Positions 12,981 to 22,730 of a stretch of DNA of 64,000 bases are shown in pieces. The DNA comes from Takakia lepidozioides (taxonomy: Eukaryota > Plantae > Bryophyta): assembly GCA_030704615.1 (NCBI GenBank), contig CM060732.1:68200001-68264000 (forward strand). Reading direction: 5' to 3'. Under the pieces are notes generated by a model. That model worked only from the letters and a program-made list of their open reading frames with translations. It was not told where the DNA came from and made no database searches. Position 1 is the first letter of the stretch. Each line of letters begins with the position of its first letter. A program made the position numbers and the translations under genes.

Positions 12981-13600
12981 TCAATTCCACATTTCTGCGT
13001 ACACCTCCTCCCAATGTGGTGGCTCTTCCATCACAGTTTTATGTATGGGAGTTAAGAACTGCCATGCCCCTTCGCTGAATCGGCATATCTGTAACTTCCT
13101 AGTATAAAACTTTGATGGATGCGTTTCCTCCCGGTATACACGCAACAACAATATACCAACATGCGCAGCCATCGTTGTAGTCCACCATGACACCTCCAGT
13201 CTGTCATCAACAAGTCTGCAAACAATATCATGTGTTTCAGGGCGGAAAGCCGACATGGCCGTTGCGTTTTGCGCCCTGTCCGAAATAGGTTGTGATAGCA
13301 TATCCAAACCGCCTCCCGTCCATCGAAACTGTGATGGATCAAAGCACCACCACAATACATATTGCACTTCATGGACTGGAATAGGCGAGTCGTCCTCTTC
13401 AAATGGTATCCAGTCGTCAGTTGGAGCGCATAAGTCCTACACAGACAACAACCATCGCACTACTCCACGAGGGAGGGGGCAACCCCACAACCCTCCCGTC
13501 AGCTCTCCATGTTCTGTAACACACAACACAATTTCACCCGCATTAGGTTCCAATGGCCTGCGGGACTCCATTGTGTTTGTCTTCGCATTTTAGGGTTCGG
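12981..13600 (-). pseudogene. Unidentified coding exon inside the MULE (possibly the last exon of the Ulp1 gene)
   Basis: Complex, protein-like ORF (QYVLWWCFDPSQFRW...PPHWEEVYAEMWN*) ending at 12981, bordered by a motif-rich intron on one side and an AT-rich stretch on the other. Confidence 0.5.
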
Positions 13601-14409
13601 AGGCCCATAACCCTCACATATATCATAGCGCCAGGGGAGCAAGAGCAATAGGGGAGCCACGCAAGCAGGGGAGCAGACATGTACAGGGGAGCGGGGGAGC
13701 GAGCGGGGGAGCAGGGGAGCGAAACAGGAGCGCCATGCAAGCGGGGGAGCAACCCATGGGTGTGGAGTATGGGGGAGCATTGCGAGGCTGGGGAGCACAG
13801 GATCAGGGGAGTGAACAGGGGAGCTCAGGGGAGCAGGGAAGCGATGCAGGGGAGCGGAGAATAGGGGAGCAATGTGAGGCTGGGGAGCACAGGAGTAGGG
13901 GAGCAAACAGGGGAGCTCAGGGGAGCAGAGGAGCGAGGAGCGACCCAGGGGAGCGGAGAACAGGGGAGTAGAGAACGGAGGGAGCACAGGAGCAGGTTAG
14001 CAACACAGGGGAGCAGAGGGGAACATGCATGCGGGGGAGCGGAGTACAGGGGAGCGCAGGGGAGCATGCAAGCGGTACAAGAGACCCAAGGGAGCGGAGT
14101 ATAGGGTAGCACAACAGCTGGGGAGCACAGGAGCAGAGAAGGGCATATGGAGCAGGGGAGCAGGGGGAGCGAAACCGGGGAGCGCAACAAGCAGGAGAGT
14201 AGGGGAGGGCAGGGAAGCAGGTGAGGTGGGAGCAACTCAGGGGAGTGGACATACAGGGGAGTAGGGAGCCCCTTCACCTGCTGAGGCATGGGAGAGCAGG
14301 GGGGCATGGTTAGCAAGGGAGCATGCAGGGGAGTTTGGAGGGGTGAGGGGAGCACATAAGAGCACAATGAATGTAGCACTGCAACAAGAGGGGAGCTCAA
14401 TTGCATGCA

Positions 14410-16500
14410 CACCGACGACTGCCATGATTATATTCAGCCCAGACATGGTATAGCAGCAGGGGTCACCCCAACACAACAGCCCTCTACAACAACTCTACAA
14501 TGTCATGTGCAATTGCCTCTACAAGCTTGGCCTGCAACGCCTCCCTCAGCAAAGACGGCATCATGATAGGGCTCGGCATTGCCCATCGATGCAATGATGA
14601 CAACATCAGGAGGGTGATCTGGCTGGGAGTCAGTCAAGCAACGCTCATAAATAGTGTTTGGGCTTATCATGTGCTCTAAACCCACTTTGCTAATATGACT
14701 CTGCTACCGAGTGCTTCAGTCTTAGAAAACCAGTCTTTTGTCTTGTACGTCGGAGCACGCGATTCAGAGCAGAAGTTATCAAGATACCGGTGTACAAGAA
14801 TCATTGCGTAATACCCACACTCCCAACATGACTCCTGCTCTGGGCACACAGCTTGCTCCCAGGCTACCGACATGATTGTGCGGCCCTTCCTTGAGTCTGT
14901 TGTCTCCCCATATATAGCCAAAGCTATTCGCCGTATAATGGGTTCCAGAAAGGCTCGTTTGTGGCACGCCAACAGCGAGTTGAGTGCACAAAGCCACGTG
15001 GCTCACGCACTTTGGAGTTGCTCTCCTCGATAACCAGAACACTCCAATGACCACTACACAGGCGATAGGGGATTGTTAGAAGCATAAGGGGGAAATAATT
15101 TGACCAAGGAGAGGCAAACACGGGGTGAAAATACCTTGAGCACAACGGGATGATGTACGTCAGGTGGTCCCAATCTTTCCCCGCTTCTAGTCTCGCATCC
15201 AGAACGTGCGTCTGTACTCCCTATTGTACCATCCTCAGCCCTTCCAGGTCGTCCTTTGCGATTTTGTCAACATGATCATAGAGCCACGCCCACATAGTCC
15301 ACGACACAACTAGAACATCGTCAATGTCGTCCGCATCTGCATGGCTGTCCTCTGCAAACCGACAGTACGCCGTTACCATGTCTCCCGTGGCGTCTCCATG
15401 GCGATTCCCCATAGCGTCCCAATCCCAATCCCCTAGACTGCATCTAAGATGGCTATCACGCGCGAAGAAGTGAACAGTGGACTTCCCTTGAGCATCCCAC
15501 TCTGTCTGAATCTGAGCTCTCAACTTGTACATGCAATTCTCAACATGCAAATCAAACACAGGGGAGCAACAACAGGGGGGCACAGAGTAGGGGAGTACAA
15601 ACAGGGGATCGGGGAAGCGGGAAGCAGAGAAGTATGGGCAGGGGAGTAGGGAAGTTGGAGGTAAGTAGGGAAGCAGGGAGCAAGAAGAGAGTAGGAGGAA
15701 CAAGGGAGCAAGATCTGGGGAGCACGGACAAGGGCAGGGAGCAAGAGGAAGCACACTGGAGGGGAAACTGGGGAGCAACGAAGACCCCGGGGAAACTGGC
15801 TAGGCAGGAACAGGGGAGCAAGAGGAAGCACACTGGAGGGGAAACTGGGGAGCAACGAAGACCCCGGGGAAACTGGCCAGGCAGGAACAGGGGAGCAAGA
15901 ACAGGGGAGCACAGAGGGGGTCCTGCAGGGAGGAAGAAGGTATAACAAGGGAACATACAACATTGACAGGGACCATGATGTAGAACTTACCCCACAAGTT
16001 TTGTCCATTGCTCCTGCGCCTTCATTTTGTTTTCCTCCTCTTGCAAGTTTTTGTGGTAATCTGTCTTGTCCTTGTACTTGCCTTGCCAAATCTTTGGTCT
16101 CTTCACCTCCTGCTTTTTCTTGTCTTTGCCGACCGCGCGATCAGCCCCCGTCCTCGGCCGCACATCTTCTTCACCACCCTCCGGACGAGGACCTCAAATA
16201 GTGAGCTTCCGTTTCCGTGTTGGTGGATCCCCCTCCTGCATCTACACATCCGCAGTACGGTGGAGGGGATCGACAGTCACAGTCACCGAATCTGTTGGTG
16301 CTGCAGATCCGAGTGTACTTATGGTAGAAGGGAGCAAGAGTCCAGCGTTGGTGTGCAGCATGCCTTGCGTACGTGTTGTCAGGGGTGGAAACGCAGGTGG
16401 TGGCATTGGGGGAGCAAACACCGCTCCCTCATCCTTGGTAACGGGGGCACAAAATCCAGCTGTAGAATGCGTCGCACTCCATCTTCCTCGTGCGCGCTGG
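14410..16500 (-). pseudogene. Ulp1/SENP-type (peptidase C48) cysteine protease carried by the MULE
   Basis: Spliced YIIPLCS|SGHWSVLVI (His codon 15047-15049) and CPEQESCWECGYY (Cys codon 14817-14819) match the C48 catalytic H and Q-x5-C motifs. Stop at 15221 and frameshifts are present; upstream exon ~15992-16500. Confidence 0.75.
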
Positions 16501-16538
16501 GAGCCCGTAAATTGCCCCTCACGTGCCTGTCCCCTCCA

Positions 16539-16562
16539 CCCTAAACCCTAAACCCTAAACCC
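16539..16562. repeat. Interstitial plant telomeric repeat (CCCTAAA)3
   Basis: CCCTAAACCCTAAACCCTAAACCC is directly visible. Confidence 0.9.
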
Positions 16563-17260
16563 TCCGTACTGGCTCCATGGCGGCGGGGGACCCTTCATGT
16601 GCTCGACTTTGTGGAGGAAGGAGCGGAAAAAGCGGCCCCCCCTGCACATCACGCACGCCCCCAAACATGTCCTGCCCTTCAGAGGTTGAAAGAAACGCAT
16701 GGACGGGCTTGCAAAAATTCCAGTTGCTTGGGAAGTGATGGGGGCCTCATCGGGCTAAGGACTGGGTAGAGGACCAGAGACACAAAGCAAGAGGGGATCA
16801 GAGGATGGCTGGGGAGCTGGGAAGTCGGTGGACGGCGGAGCAGAGAGAGAAACACAGAGGGGGTCAGACGATGGCTAGGGAGCAGTGAGTGAGGTAATCA
16901 GGGGAGCAAAAACAGGAAGCAAGAGGGGGTCACAAGACGGCTGGGAAGCAGGCACCGGAATAGTTAGGGGAGCAGAGATGGAAAGCAGGGGGGGGGGGGG
17001 GCGGGGGTCAGAGCACATGGGGGAGCAGGGACTTCCATGGGCAACACAAAGGGGGTCAGACGATGGCTGGGGAGTAGGGACCTCAATAAGCAGGGGAGCA
17101 GAGACAGGAGGCAAGAGGGCGTCAGAAGACAACTCTGGAACAGGGACCTTAGTAGGTAGGGAGCAGAGACCGAAAGCAAGAGGGGGTCGGACGAATTGCG
17201 GGGAGCAGGGGCTGCAATGGGCGTAGGAGGAGACACAACAACCAAGGGGGGGGGTAAGAG

Positions 17261-17524
17261 GACTACAAGAAAAAAAAAAAAAAAAAAAAAAAAAGGTTTC
17301 GACGCTAGGGCCACGCCGCACCTACGCCGCGGCGTCGTAAAATAGCCCTTTTTTGGGCGGGGGGAAGAACCAAATTTGCGATGCCCGGGCGTCGCAAACC
17401 CGTCGCAAGATGTCGCCAAAAAAATATTGCAAATTTGTGACCAATGGGGGTCGCAAAAAGGCGAAACCGCGATTTGCAACGCCGACAGGATTTGCGACGC
17501 CCGGACGTCGCAAAAAGAACGCAC

Positions 17525-17567
<43 letters not shown>

Positions 17568-18336
17568 ACTCTGCATTGTAGAATTAGCAGCGTCCGGGGG
17601 TCGCAAAGTGCGACGCCCAGACGTCGCAATTTAAGGGGGTACATTTGAATTTAGGCGAGAAAATTTGAATTTCAAAAACTTGTTGACCATTGACTCCAGT
17701 TCTGTCTAATGACGATATGTTCATTGTTCTACATATATCATGCAATACATACTTGAACCTAAGACCTCCACGTTATAACATTTCTAAGACACTACAGACT
17801 AACCAACACACCTACGCTACATCTATGTATCACAAAAACAATTTAATATATACATATGAAGATTTCCTTCAAGTTTCTTTTAAGGGGGTCCCTCTTGTGA
17901 TGCCTAGGAGTTGCAACCTCCATAACCTTAGTGCCCAGCCCCAGCCCCAACCCCAACCCCAACCCCAACGTCGTTGCCGTTGTTGCACCTCCCCACGGCC
18001 AGACATCCCAAACGACATCCTTGTGATGACCTACTGACTACAACACCATTGCGACCCCCTGGCGTCGCAACGTTGGCCGTCCAGCGCGGGGCACCCCCAA
18101 CGACGCTTTTGTGAAGTTGGGGGCCGCAAAGCCAAAAAAAAAAAATCCGTCGCAGCGAGGGCTTTTTTCCCCCTTCATGCCACCTTGCGACGGTTGGGCG
18201 TCGCAATGGTGTCGCAGCAGGGGATTACGACGTCGGAGCGTTGCAAAAAAACACCGCGGGCTCGGCGTCGCGGGGCGTGGGGGCACGGCTGGCGTCGCAA
18301 CCCCCCCCCCCCCCCCCCCCCTTATTTGCTGTAGTG
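17261..18336. mobile_element. Non-autonomous CACTA-like element nested in the MULE
   Basis: Ends (G)ACTACAAGAAA... and ...TTTGCTGTAGTG (reverse complement CACTACAGCAAA). About 20 subterminal TTGCGACGCC/GGCGTCGCAA motifs in both orientations flank an AT-rich core. The 3-bp TSD (GAG) is imperfect. Confidence 0.72.
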
Positions 18337-18339
18337 AGT

Positions 18340-20890
18340 GTAGTCTGAGTTGTTGCCCACTCGCAATTGTAAGCAGTTGCTGAACTTGGTGCACGACATG
18401 GTGGTGGCCCAGGAAATTGCCGAAACTCATCCAACCAAACCTAAGGAACGAATCAATTCCAGCATAACGGAAGTTCCCCCCATCATTCACCTGGAACATG
18501 TCGTTCAAGTGGGATTCGACAAGTCCGTCGAAGGGATCGCAAAATGGAACTTCATGGTGTGCAGGTCCCCTAGGATCACAATGTCGTGCCACCTGCAATA
18601 GGAAATGAGGCTCATCAATTTCAGGGAGTAATGCCATCGAGAGCATCAACACAACAATAATGAAGTTCGCTTCTTCGTCAGTAAACTGGGCAGCCCCAAA
18701 AAGTGGTGAACCGGGGAATTTATGCAGCTCAAATATGACGTGGAGGAGGCGTGGAGGTACGAGTCATCCTTTGACAAGACCGCAGTCTGACCGATGCTCG
18801 GAGGCAGGGGCTGTGGAGGGGACTGTGCGGGCAATTCTTATACTTGTGAGGTGGGGAAGTCCAGATGTCCACTGGCCTTCAAGTAATTCCGGATGTTCAT
18901 CAGCTCCGCCTTGATCCGTCGCGAGCCTATGTCAATGTCCGCAGCCCCCAAGGACCACACTTTTGCAGCCTTCGCAACATCGTTGCATCCTTGAGCATTG
19001 GCGCATGAAACAGTGTCTCCGTGCATGAAACAAAAAAATAATCGTGGTGATGTAAGGAACATGGTAGCAGGAAAGAAACTGAAACAGGGGGAGCGAGTAC
19101 GGAGCGGAAGATACCAGTCAGCAGAGGAACACACGACAGGGGAGCAGAGCAGAGGAGTCGGGAAGAGGACGGTACATGGGAGCAGAAACCACGAGACAAC
19201 AGGGGAGCACATAACAGGGGAGCAGAGCAGATGGCCCGAGCAGAAGGGGATACAGGGGAGCAGAAAGTACCAGACAACGGGGTAGCAGGGTACACACAAA
19301 ACATAGGGGAGCACATAGCAGGGGAGCATAGTATCTGGCGAGGGGAAGATGACGATATATGGGAGCGAAAACTACCAGACAACAAGGGAACACACGACAG
19401 GGGAGTAGACCAGAGGAATCGGGAAGAGGACGGTACAGGTAGCGGAAACTACAAAACACCAGGGGAGCAAATAGATGGCCCGAGAAGATGACGATATAGG
19501 GGAGCGAAAAGCACTAGGCAGCAGGGGAGCAGGGCACACACGAAACACATGTGAGCACATAACAGGGGAGCACAGTATCTGGCGAGGGAAAGATATCGAT
19601 ACAGGGGAGCAGAAACTACCAGACAGCAGGGGAGCATGCCAGAATGAAACACAGGGTGTCGCGGACATAGCCCAGAAGAACTTACCAGGAGTAAATACCA
19701 GAAGTTACTAAGTTACCATGTTATCAAAAGTTACCGTGATCTACCATGATCTATCATGATTTACCATAAGTTACCATTAGTTATCAAGTTACCGGGAGTG
19801 TACCAAATTACCAAGAGTAACTTGGGAAACTGCTCAGGAAGCTTCCTTGGAGGAAACTTCTCTATTAAGATGCCTTCTTTGTTTAAGGCAACTTCTCCAT
19901 CAAGGAACCTTTGTTTAACCTTGGAAACTTCTATATCAAAGAAACCTCCTAGTAGCCAGTATATATAGGAGGCGAGACTGGACACTCTTCAGTCTCGCCA
20001 ACACCAGTTCAAGCTACTCTTGTTTCTAGTTCCCAGTACTCCAGTCCAGTTCCAAGTACTCTAGCCCAGTTTCCAGTATTTGGTACTGCAGTCCAGTTTC
20101 CAGTATTCAAGTCGTGTTCCATATTTTTGTATTCTTGTTCCTTGTTATAAAGATCATCTTGATTCCTATTTACTCATCGTGCATTCGGCCACGCCGACTT
20201 GACTTCTTGTCTAGTCTTGTACCTCTAGTCTGATCTCTTGTTTGTGTTCAGTCATGTTATCGTCCTTGACACAGGGGAGCAGAAGAAGGATAATTACCTG
20301 CGTTGCCAACCACTTCCTGTATGCAATTCCTTCACGATGGAAAATGACACCAGATACAGTGTGCTCTACAAAGGCCTTGAACCAACCATTATCTCCATAT
20401 TTCACGAAAGTAGGTGGCAAGAGAGTGGAGTCCGCGTCCAGGAGGATGAGTGTTCCCGGCTTTGAAATGGAATCACCAAGTGTGACTCTCGAATTCCCTC
20501 CTTCAATTTTCTCCACAATAGTCTGCACCTGCTTGCGTACGAATCCAACTCCAACAACGGACATGGGGCCGGTAGCCTCTGAGCTGGGGCCGGTACCCTG
20601 TGAGATCGTTTGCTGTCTAGTGATCGGGTGGCCCTTCTGCTCCACTGTTGTGCGCCCCTCTGGGTCTTAGCAGGTTTGTGCGTTCATTCCTTTTTCTGAC
20701 CGGGGGGGGGGAGACTCCGTTTGCTCAGCAACAGAGACAGCCTGAGCCTGTGGCCTAACTGCTCCCTTCTTCCAATTCTCCGATTTCTTCTTGGCCGTGA
20801 GGTCATCTGCAAGAATGGGTCGGCGCTCTGGATTCGCACCTCGCAGCCTCAAAATAATTGCCTTGTCCTCCTTTGGATTCACAGCAATCG
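18340..20890 (-). pseudogene. Unidentified spliced accessory gene of the MULE (exons ~20890-20299 and ~18990-18340)
   Basis: Protein-like reading (…GTLILLDADSTLLPPTFVKYGDNGWFKAFVEH…KWLATQ|gtaatt; …RIKAELMNIRNYLKASGHLDFP…; …DSFLRFGWMSFGNFLGH…) separated by a motif-rich intron; internal stops present. Confidence 0.5.
19657..20271 (+). mobile_element. Solo LTR (615 bp)
   Basis: TGTCGCGGAC...GTCCTTGACA termini (TG...CA with short inverted ends), 5-bp TSD CAGGG at 19652-19656 and 20272-20276, and a TATATATAGG box near 19960. Confidence 0.92.
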
Positions 20891-22076
20891 GAGCGGAGAA
20901 CGCCGCGGGGGGGGGGACAGGGGAGCAGAGGAACCGGGGAGCGGATCGAGCCGCGGGGGAACGGAACAGGAGAGCAGAGATACAGGGGAGCGGAGGAGGT
21001 GAGCTAGGAGCGAAACAGGGGAGCGCAGGCACATGGGAGCAGAGCGCGCGGGGGGAGCCAAATATTGGAGCAGAGACACAGGGGAGCGGAGGAGGTGAGC
21101 GGGAGCGAAACAGGGGAGCGCAGACACAGGGGAGCGGAGAGCGCCGCGAAGGAAGGAAACAAGGGAGCAGACATGCAGGGAGCGGAAAGAGCTCCGCGGG
21201 GGTCGGGGATACAAGAGAGCAGCGAAAGAGGGTTGCGGAGGCACCGGGAGCGGGGAGCGCCGCGGGGGAGCGGAACAGGGGAGCGGAGGAGGTGAGCGGG
21301 GAGAGAAACAGGGGAGAGGAGAGCGCCGTGAGGGAGCGAAACAGGGGACTAGATATACAGGGGAGTGTAAAGCTCCGCGGAGGGGGGGGGGGGTTACAGG
21401 GAGCAGCGAAACAGGGTCGCGGAAGCTCTAGGGATCGGGGAGCGCCGCGGGGGAGCGAAACAGGGGAGTAGACATATAGGGGATCGGGGGAGCGCGCGGG
21501 AGGGGGGCCAAATAGGGGAGCAACGAACAGGGGAGCGAAGGCACAGGGGGGGCGGAGGAGGGGAGGAGCAAACTAGGGAGCAGATATACAGGGGAGCGGA
21601 GAGCACCGCAGGGGGGGGGGGGGGGGGGGGGGTGGGGGGGGGGGGTCACGTAACAGGGAGCGGGGAGCTCCGCGGGAGGGGGGGGGGGGGGGGTGTGGGG
21701 GGCGAAACAGGGGAGCAGTGAACAGGGAGCGCAGGCACCGGGGAGCGAAGCGCGGCGGGGGGAGCCAAACAGGGGAGCGGAGAGCGCCGTGGGTGTAGAT
21801 AACAGGAGAGCGGGAGCGCCGTGGGGGACCGCAATAGGGAGCGGAGAGCCGTGGGGGGGGGGGGGGGGGGGAGTGAAGCGGAGGCAGGAGAGCGGAGGGC
21901 TCACGGGGCGGGGCGGGCAGGCGGGGGGCCCGGGTTGGTTGGGCGGGGAGGGCGGCGGGGCGGGGTGGCGCGTGCGGGCCCGGGGGAGGTGGGGATTTGA
22001 CAGACGGGCTCCGGCGAGGGGGGCCCACGGTCTCGCATGCGTGCATTCAACTCTCATCCTATGTCTAGTGTAAACT
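20890..22076 (-). repeat. Right TIR with a subterminal GGGGAGCAG/GGGGAGCGG array
   Basis: Reverse complement of the left-arm array and terminus. Confidence 0.92.
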
Positions 22077-22280
22077 GTGAAAGAGGATCAGTTGGACCTG
22101 TAGGTAATGTAAAATTTTGTGCGTGTACGATCAGTGGCAGGCACGTAAGATTCATAGCCTCGGCCTCAGTTCAAACGCTTCACACTACATATTGCGATGG
22201 CTGGAGTGCAATTTGGAGCAGGAGGCCTGATATTTGTACCGGTGAGCCCGGTATAAACCACTGCACCTACTGCCACACTC

Positions 22281-22631
22281 CGACAGTTGGGCGATTTCAG
22301 AGACTTGACTTAGAACCCAGACAACACAACACACCCAGATAGGCGTCCTATCTGCTAGGTACTCCCCGACTTTTCTCACCAACAAGCAAATGATGTCAAT
22401 CTGAAAGTGCACCCAAGACCGCGGAAGAGTAGGCAGAGAATGGCAAAGAGAGATTTAGCCGAGTGTGCTCTAGGGATGGCAGTCCAAAGGAAATAGATAA
22501 GGAGCAATCTGGTTGGTATCACAGGTGTCTTTGAAGTGTATAGAGGATGATAGTGCGAAATATATAGCATGCTTGATATGGGAGAAGATGTGAAAGCCAA
22601 TTTGACGAACAACCACACCCAACCAACCGGC
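22281..22631 (+). pseudogene. Inverted, internally deleted partial copy of the adjacent WRKY-fusion gene
   Basis: 22281-22459 matches the reverse complement of 24510-24691, and 22456-22631 matches the reverse complement of 23334-23527; they are joined at a TAGC microhomology. Confidence 0.9.
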
Positions 22632-22730
22632 AAAGTAGGTTACTTCGGAGCATTGCATTTAATGCTCTGTGATGATACAAAAGATAATCTAGAAATCCAT
22701 TAGGATGTACGCGAGCCTTTTCTCAAAGTA

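Larger units (their letters stand above)
7601..22076. mobile_element. Large Mutator-like DNA transposon (MULE), ~14.5 kb, decayed autonomous type
   Basis: The left end GGTTTACACTAGAGATAGGATGGGAGTTGAATG... is the reverse complement of the right end ...CATTCAACTCTCATCCTATGTCTAGTGTAAACT. The 9-bp TSD GTGAAAGAG occurs at 7592-7600 and 22077-22085. It encloses MULE transposase and Ulp1 sequences. Confidence 0.95.

Noticed and set aside
16875-17650. Poly-Lys/poly-Phe ORFs
   Set aside because: They are translations of poly(A) tracts in the CACTA-like element. Long A, C and G homopolymer lengths in this window may also be unreliable.
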